Shown here: positions 20,279 through 31,200 of the stretch, in pieces
Numbering within the stretch: position 1 is the stretch's first letter
Layout of the letters: the number at the start of each line of letters is the position of its first letter
DNA from: Candidatus Methanomethylophilaceae archaeon
Lineage (GTDB): Archaea > Thermoplasmatota > Thermoplasmata > Methanomassiliicoccales > Methanomethylophilaceae
NCBI GenBank assembly: GCA_050950505.1
Contig: JBMNHS010000001.1
Coordinates: 320,001-384,000, forward strand
Reading direction: 5' to 3'
DNA: 64,000 nucleotides
Program-made: the position numbers and the translations under genes
The notes under the pieces: generated by a model
What the model was told of the DNA's origin: nothing
The model's database searches: none
What the model saw: only the letters and a program-made list of their open reading frames with translations

Positions 20279-20854
20279 ATGGAATACGACCCGGATATTC
20301 TGATTGACGAATCTCCCGATGTGTATCCCCCGTCGGAAGACAGCCTGTTGCTCATCAGAAGTTTTGACGTGACTCCCGGCGAAAAAGTTTTGGAACTGGG
20401 TTGCGGCTCCGGAATCGTCTCTTTGCATTGTGCGAAGGCCGGCGCCGTCGTCACGGCGGGAGATCTCAATCCTTCCGCGGTAAGGCTGACAAAAAAGAAC
20501 GGGGAGAAAAACAATCTGAACGTAAACGTTGTTCTTACGGACGTCTACGATTCCGTTGACGGAAAATTTGACACCGTGGTGTTCAATCTTCCTTATCTTC
20601 CCGTTGATGACGACCTTCCCCTGGCCGAAGCCTGGTCCGGCGGAGAGGACGGGTTGGGACCGTTGCCGAGAGTCCTGGAGGGCATTCATGACCGCGGCAA
20701 CGACGGATGGAGAATCGTCGTTGTGGTGTCTTCTCTCATGGACGAGGAGAGACTGGACTCTCTGCTGGCACCTTATCGCGTGACCGTATTGGGAGAGCTC
20801 CCGCTGTTCTTCGAAAAATTAAGGGTTTTGCAGATTTCAGCCGACGATCTTTGA
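20279..20854 (+). CDS. HemK2/PrmC-like SAM-dependent methyltransferase (putative release-factor glutamine methyltransferase)
   Basis: VYPPSEDSLLL, LELGCGSG, FNLPYLP, WSGGEDG motifs. Confidence 0.88.
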   Translation: MEYDPDILIDESPDVYPPSEDSLLLIRSFDVTPGEKVLELGCGSGIVSLHCAKAGAVVTAGDLNPSAVRLTKKNGEKNNLNVNVVLTDVYDSVDGKFDTVVFNLPYLPVDDDLPLAEAWSGGEDGLGPLPRVLEGIHDRGNDGWRIVVVVSSLMDEERLDSLLAPYRVTVLGELPLFFEKLRVLQISADDL

Positions 20855-22705
20855 AATTTCTTCGATCAAAAGCCTGTTCGCTTCCTTTCCGTCGACTTTT
20901 CCCCTTAAGGCTCCCATCACGGGCCCCATAAGCGGTCCGATGGCCGCCATGCCCCGCTCACGGACGAAGTCTTCACGTTCTTTAACGATGGATGCGATGA
21001 TGTCCGCGGCCTCCGAACTGTCCATGGAAACAAGACCCAGTTTCTCAGGGGCTTCGGAAGGTTCGGTGCCCTTCGCGACTTCCCTCATGATTTCCGGCAA
21101 CGCTTCTTTGGCAAACCGGTTTTCGGACAGCATTCCGAATATCGCCGTCATGGACTCATCGGTTATTTCCGAAACGGGGATGCCTTCGCGCTCCAGTTCG
21201 TTGTAAGTGTTGGTAAGTGCGGCGGCGATGTTCTGAGACAGTTCTCTGTACTCGCCGGCAAGACTCTCAAACAAATCGTTGTTGTCTTCCCTTATCAGCT
21301 GACGCGCCTGCTGTTCGTTGATTCCGTACTGCGCAATCAGTCTTTTCTCGATTTCTTCGGGAAATTCCGGCATCGATTTTTTTATCGCGGCAAGTTTCTC
21401 TTCGGATACGGCTGTGGGCGGCACGTCGGTTTCGGGATACATCCTTGCCGCTCCGGGCAACGGCCGTGAATATTTGGATTTGCCTTCGGGCAACGGATCT
21501 CTGGTTTCTTCGGGAACGCCTACAAGAGCCGCGTTGGCGCGTTGGGCGGCGGCTTCGATGGCGGCAACGGCCGTTCTGCGATGTGCCGCGCATATCGCGA
21601 AAGCATCCTGTTCTCCGGTCATACCCAGATGTTGTTTCAACGCGTCCACGTACTCCTGCTCTATGCCGTAATTCGGCAGTTCGTCGGAATGGAATATTCC
21701 CCTTACTCCGTGAATCATGGCATATTGGGCCATTTCTGAACCCAGTCTGAGTTTTCCGTTGTCGCCGTTCAGCAGACCGGCGAAACCCGGGAGTCTGATC
21801 GCCATGATTGCGCCTTTGCTTTTGAGGGCGGTGGAAATGATCTTGGAAGGACAGTCTTTGAAAATTTCGGTGACGTCCGCAGATTCGGTAGAAACAGGTT
21901 TCACGTTCCTGTTTTTGAGTGTATCCTTGATTTTCAGAAGCATTTTCTGCCTGTTGACTTCGTTTCTTACGAAATCCGGAAGCAGTCTCAGTTCCTGAAC
22001 CCCTTTGATTTCAATCCTCGCCCCTCCGGGAATTGAAATGTTCAGATCTTCCCTGATGGTCCCTATCCCTCTTTTGACCATTTTTGTGGCACGCAGAAGG
22101 GAACCGAGACGCATCGCAACTTCCATTACTTCCTCGGGGGTCCTCATATCCGGACCGGTGGCCACCTCTATCAGGGGGAAACCCAGACGGTCCAATCTGT
22201 ATGTGACTTCGTTTCCGCGGGTCTCTATTTTCCTTGCCGCGTCCTCTTCGAGACATACGGAAAGAATGGATATTTTTCTGCCGTTGACATCAACTTCCCC
22301 GCCGGTGGATATGAGAGAAGATCTCTGGTACCCTCCGGAGTTTGAACCGTCAATGACGATTTTTCTCATGGTGTGAATTTCGTCGACTATATCGGCTCCC
22401 AACATCGCGGAGTAAGTCAAAGCGGTATCCAATGCCTCTTTGTTCAGGGCACCGGGCGGTTCCTCGTCCAATTCCACCAAGCAGGAGGAATCGCAGCACT
22501 GATATCTGAAACTCATGTGTCTTTCGTACTGTGCCAGCGCGGCACGGTCCACTTCGCCGGTTTCGCTTACGGTGGGTCTGAGTTTCCTGAAATAATCACC
22601 GTGACCTTCATCATGGAGAGTCGTGTCGCAGGAACAGTACAGCTTCTTCGTGTCCAGCTGCTGATGGATTTCTATCCCGCACATCATTTCGTAATCTTCC
22701 ATCAT
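20837..22705 (-). CDS. gatE: Glu-tRNA(Gln) amidotransferase subunit E
   Basis: GIEIHQQL, MRKIVIDGSN, LDRLGFPLIE, HSDELPNYGI, RPLPGAARMYPETD motifs. Confidence 0.97.
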   Translation of the reverse strand: MMEDYEMMCGIEIHQQLDTKKLYCSCDTTLHDEGHGDYFRKLRPTVSETGEVDRAALAQYERHMSFRYQCCDSSCLVELDEEPPGALNKEALDTALTYSAMLGADIVDEIHTMRKIVIDGSNSGGYQRSSLISTGGEVDVNGRKISILSVCLEEDAARKIETRGNEVTYRLDRLGFPLIEVATGPDMRTPEEVMEVAMRLGSLLRATKMVKRGIGTIREDLNISIPGGARIEIKGVQELRLLPDFVRNEVNRQKMLLKIKDTLKNRNVKPVSTESADVTEIFKDCPSKIISTALKSKGAIMAIRLPGFAGLLNGDNGKLRLGSEMAQYAMIHGVRGIFHSDELPNYGIEQEYVDALKQHLGMTGEQDAFAICAAHRRTAVAAIEAAAQRANAALVGVPEETRDPLPEGKSKYSRPLPGAARMYPETDVPPTAVSEEKLAAIKKSMPEFPEEIEKRLIAQYGINEQQARQLIREDNNDLFESLAGEYRELSQNIAAALTNTYNELEREGIPVSEITDESMTAIFGMLSENRFAKEALPEIMREVAKGTEPSEAPEKLGLVSMDSSEAADIIASIVKEREDFVRERGMAAIGPLMGPVMGALRGKVDGKEANRLLIEEISKIVG

Positions 22706-23991
22706 AACATCCTCCTGTTTCCGATTTCACCGGCTATCGGAGTGATCATGAGTTCCCGAATATCTCTGTCTTTGCGGTTGGCCAACAGCCACATCAACTT
22801 GACGTAAGCCGTTTCCGGCAGCATGTCCCCTGCGGGAATCGCGCCTGCGGCCAGGATTTCCCGCCCTGTGTCGTAAACGTTGAGGTTAACGGTGCCTTCC
22901 AGACACTGGGTGGTCATAACCACGGGTATGCCGGCCTCCGTTGCTTTTCGGATCAGGGGAACCATCTCTTCCGTAACGTGTCCCAGTCCGGTTCCCGCCA
23001 GCACAACGCCTTTGCTTTTCATGATCACGCTTTCGAAAACTTCCGGCCTCATTCCGGGGAAACAGTGAAGCAGCACACAGTTCTCTTCCATTTCCGTATT
23101 GATTCCGACTTTTCCGTCCGAAACGGGTTTTCCGTCGGTCAGATGTTTGACTTTTCCGTCCCCGCCGATGTGTGCCGCGGGTGAAACGTTCATGCTGCGG
23201 AAAGCGTCACGGCGGGAAGAATGCATCTTCCTCACTCTGGTTCCGAGGTGTATTGCAAAAGAATCGTCTTCAATGGTTCCGTGCATTGCCACGAACACTC
23301 CCGCCCGGTTTCCCTTCGCACAGAATTCGGCGGCGGCAATCAGATTTCCCACCGCATCGGTGGACGGCCGGTCGGCGGATCTCTGGGCCCCGACCAACAC
23401 CACGGGTTTGGAAAGATCCGTCAGCATAAAGGACAGTGCGGCCGCGGTGTAACCCAGGGTGTCGGTGCCGTGGGCAATGATTGCTCCGTCCGCCCCGCCG
23501 TTCAGTTCTTCGGCGACGGCAACGGCAATTTCCTTCCAATGCTTCGCGTTCATGTTGTCGGAATACATGGAAAAAACAGACCTGGCATTAATGTTGGCCA
23601 CATCCCTTATCTCGGGAACAAGATCCAATATCTCATCCCCGGACATTGCAGGTTCGACCCGTCCGGTACGGTAGTTTATTCTGGAAGCTATGGTTCCTCC
23701 CGTGCCGACCAACGTCAGATTCTTCAGACCTTTCTTAGGAGGCACAGCTTCGGTTTCGGTTTTCGTCTTTACGGGTTTCTCAAGAACTTTAATGATTGTG
23801 TCGGACCGTATTCTTACGCCGATGTTGTAACCGCTGTCAAGTTTCAGCACCAATGTGTCGGAATCGCCGGTGCCGTGACGGGGCATCAAAAGTCCCGCGT
23901 ACTCACGGTCCCCGGTCTTTACGGAGACTTTGCATCCCTCTGCGGCATCCGCGGATGCCAGAAGTTTGGATAATGATTCGGAATAGCTCAT
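22702..23991 (-). CDS. gatD: Glu-tRNA(Gln) amidotransferase subunit D
   Basis: KLDSGYNIG, GTGGTIAS, HGTDT, GAQRSADRPSTD, RKMHSSRRDAF motifs. Confidence 0.97.
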   Translation of the reverse strand: MSYSESLSKLLASADAAEGCKVSVKTGDREYAGLLMPRHGTGDSDTLVLKLDSGYNIGVRIRSDTIIKVLEKPVKTKTETEAVPPKKGLKNLTLVGTGGTIASRINYRTGRVEPAMSGDEILDLVPEIRDVANINARSVFSMYSDNMNAKHWKEIAVAVAEELNGGADGAIIAHGTDTLGYTAAALSFMLTDLSKPVVLVGAQRSADRPSTDAVGNLIAAAEFCAKGNRAGVFVAMHGTIEDDSFAIHLGTRVRKMHSSRRDAFRSMNVSPAAHIGGDGKVKHLTDGKPVSDGKVGINTEMEENCVLLHCFPGMRPEVFESVIMKSKGVVLAGTGLGHVTEEMVPLIRKATEAGIPVVMTTQCLEGTVNLNVYDTGREILAAGAIPAGDMLPETAYVKLMWLLANRKDRDIRELMITPIAGEIGNRRML

Positions 23992-24079
23992 TTGAACAAC
24001 CCCCCATCTGACTTCGTATTTATGATTATTTCCGCTTTTCCGCGGTTAGTATTATTACAGGAAATGATGTTCACGTTTC

Positions 24080-24730
24080 ATGCACTTCATACAGGTGGGC
24101 ATGGAATTCGACATTCTGAAAGAAAATTCCAAATTGGCCCATAAGAATTACCGTCTGCTGAAAGAACACGGTATCAAATCCGTGGACTTCATGGGATCCA
24201 TAGGCGCGGGCAAAACCTCCCTGATAATCAGATTGGCCGAAAAGCTCAGGGACAGAGGCGTTCGGGTTCTGGCTATAGCCGGGGATGTCGTCGGTGACGA
24301 TGACTTCGCCAGAATGAAGGCTTCCGGAATGGATGTCATCAACTGCAACACCGGCAACGAATGCCATTTGGATTCCAATCTCATTGCGAAGGCTTTGGAC
24401 AAAGTGGATCTGAAAAACTACGACGTATTGTTCATAGAAAACGTCGGAAACCTTGTCTGTCCCGCGGATTTCCCCCTGGGAACGGATTACAGGGTTGCGG
24501 TCATATCCACCACCGAAGGTGACGACATGGTGAGAAAACATCACAGCATCTTCATCCATTCGGATATTGCCATCCTCAACAAAATGGACATCGCCGACGC
24601 GGTGGGGGTGAATCCCGACATCATCGCCGGAGATTACAGCAAGCTCACGGGCGGTCTGAAAGAGATATACAAATGCAGCGTGAGAACCGACGAAGGCGTT
24701 GACGGAATACTGAACGCCCTGAAACTCTGA
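24080..24730 (+). CDS. hypB: Hydrogenase nickel-incorporation GTPase HypB
   Basis: GSIGAGKT, ECHLD, ENVGNLVCPADF, TEGDD, NKMD motifs. Confidence 0.96.
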   Translation: MHFIQVGMEFDILKENSKLAHKNYRLLKEHGIKSVDFMGSIGAGKTSLIIRLAEKLRDRGVRVLAIAGDVVGDDDFARMKASGMDVINCNTGNECHLDSNLIAKALDKVDLKNYDVLFIENVGNLVCPADFPLGTDYRVAVISTTEGDDMVRKHHSIFIHSDIAILNKMDIADAVGVNPDIIAGDYSKLTGGLKEIYKCSVRTDEGVDGILNALKL

Positions 24731-24740
24731 GGGTGTTTCG

Positions 24741-26066
24741 ATGAAAGTTCTCACGATAGGCGGCGGCGGAAGGGAATGCGCCGCCGTGGAAGCGTTCCGC
24801 AGAGCCGGGTCCGAAGTGTATGCCGTGATGAAGAACGGCAATCCCGGAATCATACGGATGGCGAAAGATTTCATTTATACCGACGAAGGGAATCTGGAAA
24901 GAATCGTCGGTTATGCGAAGGAAAAGGGAGTGGAATTGGCCTTTGTCGGTCCCGAAGCCCCTTTGGAAATGGGAATCGTCGATGCGTTGGAAGAAGCGGG
25001 AATACCCTGCGCCTCCCCCACCAAAGCCGCAGCCAGAATTGAAACGTCAAAATCCTTCATGAGGGATTTGGTGCACAGATACGGCGTGGACGGCAATCTC
25101 GGATACGCCGCTTTCGACAGTGCCGAAGGCATTGAGGAGTATCTCGGAACCCTTGATTACGAAGTCGTCGTGAAACCCATCGGGCTGACCGGCGGAAAGG
25201 GCGTCAAAGTCGAAGGGGAACATCTGCATTCGATGAAGGACATAATGGAATACGTCCATGAGATTTTCAATCAGAACATCGGCAAAGCCGGAGTCATCAT
25301 AGAAGAAAAAGCCGTCGGGGAAGAGTTCACGCAGATGGTGTTCTGTGACGGCAAAACCATCGCTCCGATGCCCATGGTACAGGATCACAAAAGAGCCTAC
25401 GAAGGAGACGTGGGGCCCAACACCGGAGGAATGGGCTCTTACTCCGACGCGAATCACCTGTTGCCTTTCGCAAACGGGAAGGACCGGGAAGACTCTTTGG
25501 ACATTCTCAGACAAATCGTCAAGGCCATGTCCGATGACGGCTGCCCCTATCACGGTGTGATGTACGGTCAGTTCATGCTTACCAAAAACGGTCCGAAGAT
25601 AATCGAAATCAATGCCAGGTTCGGAGATCCGGAAGCGATGAACGTGCTTCCCATTCTCGAAGACAATTTTGAAAAAATCTGCAACGACATGGCTCACGGA
25701 ACACTGTCCGAAAAAGTGAAGTTCGCCAACAAAGCCACGGTATGCAAATACGTGGTGCCCAAAGGATACGGTACTTCTCCGGAGGCCGGACATGAAATCA
25801 GGGTCAACGAAGAAGGCATCCGGGAAGCGGGCTCCGTGATGTACTACGCAAACGTGGACATCGTGAACCGCAAAGTCGTCACCGGAACCTCTCGTTCCAT
25901 CGGAATGGTCGGTATCGACGACACATTGGAAAAAGCGGATTGGAACTGTGAATCCGCGCTGAAATACGTAGTGAGCGACGGGGTCACCGTAAGACATGAC
26001 ATCGGTACCCGCAAACTCATTCAGCGCAGAATCGACCATATGAAAGAGATCCGCGGAGATGACTGA
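24741..26066 (+). CDS. purD: Phosphoribosylamine-glycine ligase
   Basis: GGGGRE, GPEAPL, GGKGV, QDHKRAYEGDVGPNTGGMG, EINARFGDPE motifs. Confidence 0.98.
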   Translation: MKVLTIGGGGRECAAVEAFRRAGSEVYAVMKNGNPGIIRMAKDFIYTDEGNLERIVGYAKEKGVELAFVGPEAPLEMGIVDALEEAGIPCASPTKAAARIETSKSFMRDLVHRYGVDGNLGYAAFDSAEGIEEYLGTLDYEVVVKPIGLTGGKGVKVEGEHLHSMKDIMEYVHEIFNQNIGKAGVIIEEKAVGEEFTQMVFCDGKTIAPMPMVQDHKRAYEGDVGPNTGGMGSYSDANHLLPFANGKDREDSLDILRQIVKAMSDDGCPYHGVMYGQFMLTKNGPKIIEINARFGDPEAMNVLPILEDNFEKICNDMAHGTLSEKVKFANKATVCKYVVPKGYGTSPEAGHEIRVNEEGIREAGSVMYYANVDIVNRKVVTGTSRSIGMVGIDDTLEKADWNCESALKYVVSDGVTVRHDIGTRKLIQRRIDHMKEIRGDD

Positions 26067-26835
26067 TCTTGCCGTAAAAATCGCCTACATCGGCGAAGGT
26101 TTCCACGGATCCCAGAGACAGCCGGGACTGAGAACGGTGGAGAGTGAGATTCTGAGAAATCTCGTTACCGTTTACGGCACCGACGATATCGAATTCTCAC
26201 TGAAACTGGCCAGCCGGACCGACAGAGGGGTCAATGCCCTGGGAAACGTGGCCGTGTTCGACGCCGGCGACAGGGACCCCGACGGTCTTCTGAAGGCACT
26301 CAACGGAATCTCCAGAGGGGTTTTCTACCGTTCGCACGCTTATGTGCCGGAAGATTTCAAACCCCGGTACGCACACCGGAGGTACTACCGTTACATCATG
26401 CCTGCCGAAGGTGTAGACATAAAACGTGCGAAAAAATGCGCTTCTTTGTTTTTGGGGGAACATGATTTCTCCCGTTTCTGCAAATACGACGGAAAGCCGA
26501 CCATGAACAACATCGTGTCTTCCGACATAAGAATCGAAGAAGATTTTCTGATTTACGACTGCGGCGCAAGATTCTTCCTGTGGCAACAGGTAAGACGGAT
26601 GGCTTCCGCGATTGCGGAAGTGGGCCTGAACCGCGCGGATTACGACGATGTTACAAGAGCGTTGAACGGAGAAGACATCCATCTGGGAACGCTGAGGGGG
26701 GACGGATTGACCCTGATGGACGTCGAATACATGAATGTGGAATTTACGAAGCCTGTCAAAACCATGTACGAACGCAAAACCGGTGAGGAATCGTACAGAA
26801 ACAAAGTCCGGAGTCTGTTTTTCGCTTCCCTTTAA
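26059..26835 (+). CDS. truA: tRNA pseudouridine synthase A
   Basis: FHGSQRQP, ASRTDRGVNA (catalytic Asp), GEHDFSRF, FLWQQVRR. Confidence 0.93.
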   Translation: MTDLAVKIAYIGEGFHGSQRQPGLRTVESEILRNLVTVYGTDDIEFSLKLASRTDRGVNALGNVAVFDAGDRDPDGLLKALNGISRGVFYRSHAYVPEDFKPRYAHRRYYRYIMPAEGVDIKRAKKCASLFLGEHDFSRFCKYDGKPTMNNIVSSDIRIEEDFLIYDCGARFFLWQQVRRMASAIAEVGLNRADYDDVTRALNGEDIHLGTLRGDGLTLMDVEYMNVEFTKPVKTMYERKTGEESYRNKVRSLFFASL

Positions 26836-26857
26836 ACCTGTGATGCGATACGCAGGC

Positions 26858-27442
26858 ATGGAAAAGCTTGAGGAAACCGTCGCGGCGGTCGCCGACAGAT
26901 TTGCCGAGGCCGAAGAGAACCGGGAAATGGCCATACGCCTGTCCCGCAAAATTGTGAGAAGTTCCAAAAAAGTCATTCACTCCATCCACGAAGGCGGAGC
27001 CGACGCGGAGGAAATAAAAGAAATGGAAAAGTCCGTGAGGGAACTCGCCTCCGAGATGGAAAAGGATCCCTCCCTCGCTTATGCCGGACCCGCTTCCGAC
27101 GCGCTGTCTGAATACGCCGAAGCCGTGATTCTCAGGGACTTGTTGGCAGAGAACAGAATACCTTCTTTCGAGGACCTGTCGATAGACGAACGTTCGTGGG
27201 TTTTGGGTTTGGCCGACGTGGTGGGCGAACTGAGGAGAATCGTTCTGAAAAAACTCATGGAGGGAAAACTGGACGAAGCTTCTTCGGTATACGGAAACAT
27301 GGAAGAGATCGTTCACAATCTGCTGATGTTCGATGTTCCGGACGCCATTGTTCCCCTGAGAAGAAAACAGGACGTGGCGAGAGGGGTCATGGAAAGAACC
27401 CGTTCCGACATAGCCACCGCTGTGATTATGTCAAAAATATGA
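26858..27442 (+). CDS. Translin family protein
   Basis: RE.AIRLSR, EYAEA, LGLADVVGELRR, LRRKQDVAR motifs. Confidence 0.9.
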   Translation: MEKLEETVAAVADRFAEAEENREMAIRLSRKIVRSSKKVIHSIHEGGADAEEIKEMEKSVRELASEMEKDPSLAYAGPASDALSEYAEAVILRDLLAENRIPSFEDLSIDERSWVLGLADVVGELRRIVLKKLMEGKLDEASSVYGNMEEIVHNLLMFDVPDAIVPLRRKQDVARGVMERTRSDIATAVIMSKI

Positions 27443-27447
27443 AATTG

Positions 27448-27463
27448 ACGGGGTTTCCCCCGT
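27448..27463. terminator. Short hairpin between convergent genes
   Basis: ACGGGG-TTTC-CCCCGT with AT-rich flanks. Confidence 0.45.
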
Positions 27464-27471
27464 AAATGAGT

Positions 27472-28242
27472 TTAGCGTCTTCCCTTTGGCTTGCCGTAGT
27501 TCTTAACGGGTTTGCGCATGACGTACACGAACACGATGATCAGAATAATGAACATCAGGCCCATGACTATGGATGCCCATCTGTATTCGTTATGTCCGAT
27601 GTAGAACTCTCCTTCCTCGGTGATTTCGCCGTCTTCCGTTACTAACTGGTAGGTATGTTTTCCGCCGCCCAGGGAATCTGTCACCCATTCGTAAGTGACG
27701 GTCTTCTTACCGTTGGGGGCGATGTCTTTCACAACCTGTTCGCTGTCCCCGATAAGTTCTCCGTCGACCCAGAACGCCACGGTGATTGAACCTTTCACAC
27801 CACTGTCGTTGACGACTTCCGCCTTCAGGGTTATGGGAACCACGACCTTGACCTTGGTTTGACTCATTCCAGTTTTCGGACTGTCCTCATCGTCGGTTTC
27901 GTATTCGACGACCAGTCTGTACGTTCCCGCATCACTCGGCGCAGTTACGGTAATAGTCTTTACGTTCTCGGAAGATGAGGTTTTCCAAGTGGACGGCGAT
28001 ACCCCTCCGGAGTGCTTGTCTCCGTTGGGTTTCAGAAGATAGGCCGTGAAGTTTACTTCGGCATCGCCCAAATCATTATCGTAGAACACGGATTCGTAAC
28101 GGATCGTACCTCCGGTTTTCACAACGATTTTATCTGCTTCTTCGGGATGGACGTCGAAATACTCCCCGTACGAATCTTCGACGGAAGCCATCACGAACAT
28201 TCCCGAAAGCAGGAACAGAAGCGCCACACCGAGTGCGGGCAT
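27472..28242 (-). CDS. Secreted, membrane-anchored Ig-like (CARDB-like) protein
   Basis: N-terminal signal peptide, beta-rich core, C-terminal TM helix with basic tail; TGATG overlap with the upstream gene. Confidence 0.8.
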   Translation of the reverse strand: MPALGVALLFLLSGMFVMASVEDSYGEYFDVHPEEADKIVVKTGGTIRYESVFYDNDLGDAEVNFTAYLLKPNGDKHSGGVSPSTWKTSSSENVKTITVTAPSDAGTYRLVVEYETDDEDSPKTGMSQTKVKVVVPITLKAEVVNDSGVKGSITVAFWVDGELIGDSEQVVKDIAPNGKKTVTYEWVTDSLGGGKHTYQLVTEDGEITEEGEFYIGHNEYRWASIVMGLMFIILIIVFVYVMRKPVKNYGKPKGRR

Positions 28243-31200
28243 CACTTTCTTCGTGTGAACACCCCCCTCTTGGAACCTGTCCATACAACCAGCACAATCA
28301 TGATCACGCTCAGTACGGTGAACACCCAGAATATGGGCTGCATCGCATTGCCTGTGTGGTACACGTTGTTTCCTTCAACGGACAGCTTCGAGCTCAGTTT
28401 GATTTCTTCGTGAACGAGATCCAAAGTCGCACCGCCGTTCAATTCGATGTCCGGCGTGATCACGTCGATTCCAACGGATATGTCCGGAACGTCCTGCAAA
28501 CCGCCTACGGAATTCATGAGTTTCACATAAAGTACCGTCTTGGTGTTGCTGGCCAACGTCAATTCGTTGTCCGGCGAATCAGAGGTGAGCAGATATCTTC
28601 CCATTTCGTCGGATACGGCATATATCCAATCGTCTCCGGGATCGGACAGCAGGTCGAGTTTGACTTTCACTGTGCCGTTGTCGTAATTTCTGAAGGTTAT
28701 GGCGTACATGTACTCATTGTCCGTTATCAGATCGGGGGATGCCCCGCTTTCGGCGGACACGATTACGTCCACCTTTTTCTTCGGGTTGTCTGAGGGCATG
28801 TATATATCGAATATCTCGCCGGTCGCAACCGTCTTGCCTTCCAGACTTACCAATGAAACTTTCATCTTGGCATCCCTGTCGTCCACGTTGGTGGGGCTGA
28901 ACACACCGTTGATTGAGATTGTTTGGGGCGTGCTTCCGTTCAACGTGACCACGTAGGATTTGTCAAGTTTCCAGGGACCGACGGCTTTTACCGCATAGGT
29001 CGTCTCGCCTTCGGCATCATCCTCAGGGTTGACCGTGAGTTCGAATTGGAATTCGTTCCCGTTGATAATGGGGGTGTTTGTGGTGATTTCCAGTTCGTCG
29101 GATATTTTGACAATCGCACCGTCACCGCTCAGATAAGCGTTGGTGGTGACCGATGTTTTCTCCTCGTCTTCCAGATCGTCGGGTATGTTTACGGTGAAAC
29201 TGCCCGCGTATCCGTAAGTGTACTCCGAACCCGTGGGTTTGTACTTCAACTCGACGTCAATTTCGGCGGAAGAGGCAATCTTCGGCACATCGACGGAATA
29301 GGAACCGTCTTTGACTTTGGTGAACAGCTCAATTCCTCCGATTTCAATCGTTGCCAGACCGTTTCCGCTTACACCCAGATATCCTTTGAGGGTAATCTTG
29401 TCTTTAAGATCGAATTCGACTTTGTCGTCTGCCGGGACATCAATCATCATGTAGGATATCTTGTCCCCCTCGGTGGCCTTGAACAGATACGTTCCTTCGG
29501 TCATCAGGTACACCAGGTCGCCGTCCTTTTCAAACTGGACCTTGAAGTACTCCGCGTCCTCGCAATCCGGATGGATTTCCACGGATACCGTGGAATTTTC
29601 GGGTTTGTCCACTTCCACGGGACGGAGGAGTTCCGTCACTTCCGTGTCGGGTTCCGTGAAGAACACGGACTGTCCGAAGTACACCTTCACTTTGCTGTAG
29701 GTGTATTCAGTTCCGTTCAGTTCCACCAAGTAGTATGTGCCCGGAGTGACTTTTACATCGGTCTTGTCGCCGTAATTGGGCGTTTTATCGGTCTTGGAGG
29801 ACCACAGCCACATGTCCGTCAGATCATCGAACTCGGGAACGGGTATGTCTTTGCCCGCGACTTTCAGTTCCGCGGATGTGCCGGTGGTTGCGTCCTTGGA
29901 AAGGTCTTCCCAACTCAGGACGCCGATTTCTCCTTCCGCCACGGATACCGTGACGTTCGAACTCTTCGGTACGGTTACCGAAGCTCCTCCGGATGCGTCG
30001 GTGGTTGCGTAAACGGTGTATTCTTTACCGTCGTGCTCCACTTTCAGGGTAACATTAACGAAAGGTACCCCTTTCGTACCGTCGGCAAGGGAACTGTATG
30101 TGAATTTGGTCTTCAGCGTGCGGCCGTCATCGGTCTTGAACACCGTGGGCTCCTCCGATGTCGTCGCCGGCACGTTCACATCGTTTTCAATGAGAACCGT
30201 CCCATTCTTGCCGATGACATGCACAGTGTAATCTCCCGCGGGGAGTTTGGCGGTGACTTTTCCTTCCTCGTCGGAAGCGTATGTGAAAGTCGTTCCGCCT
30301 GCACCGTAGAATGTAATCGAACCTGCGATTTCCGTGTCAGACTTGGATTTGATTACCGCATTGAAGGTGACGGTATCCGCATAATCCGTGAAGACGGGGT
30401 TGCCTTTCTCATCAAAGGTGACGGTTCTGACCTTGTCGGTATCCAGGTCAAAGAGCGTGTAAGTGACATCGCCGAAATCGGGCAGATAAACCTTATCTTG
30501 GCCGTAGGACGAGTATCCCGGGGCCATGACCGCTGTGTTTCCGGCAATCGGATCCGCCGTGCTGAACACCGTGATGTTCGTCGAAGTGGAAGTTCCTTTC
30601 ACTTTCACGTCGGAAGAGGTGCTTACCTTGTCTTTGATGTGCACGATGTACTCACCGACGTTTGCAATGTCATCGCTGCTGGGCAGCAGTTTGAATTCCG
30701 CAAGGCCGTTTTCATCGGTGATTCCGTTGATGACCGAGCCGTCATACTTGTTCTGGACCACCACCGTTTCATTCTCCACAGGGGCGCCGTAGATGTCTTT
30801 CACGGTGACTTTCAGCGTGGACGAGAGATCGAAATCGACTCCGGAATTGGATCCGGGATACGCCGTTATGGACAGACTGTCGATTTCCTTTCCGTTCAGT
30901 CTGAGGGTCACGGTGTATTTGCCCGGAGCTATGTCGTTGAATGTGTATTCTCCGCCGGATACGTCTACATAATGTTTCTCGCCGGAGTATCCGTTCAGCA
31001 GTTCGACGGTCAGATCCCCGATTTCGCCTTCGACCGAACCTGTTACGGTGGATGCGTCCAAATCAAAGTTCGGATTGTCGCTTGCGTTGTATTGCAGATC
31101 GGTTCCGCCGACGGTCTTTTCCGTCGCGATGAAAATCCTGAATTCGTAATCGTTGGAATTCACGGGAACCAGAACGGAGTAGTTGCCGTCCTCGTCGGTA

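Noticed and set aside
20279-20854. NLPY instead of NPPY in the HemK-like methyltransferase
   Set aside because: A single substitution within known motif variation, not enough to claim altered function
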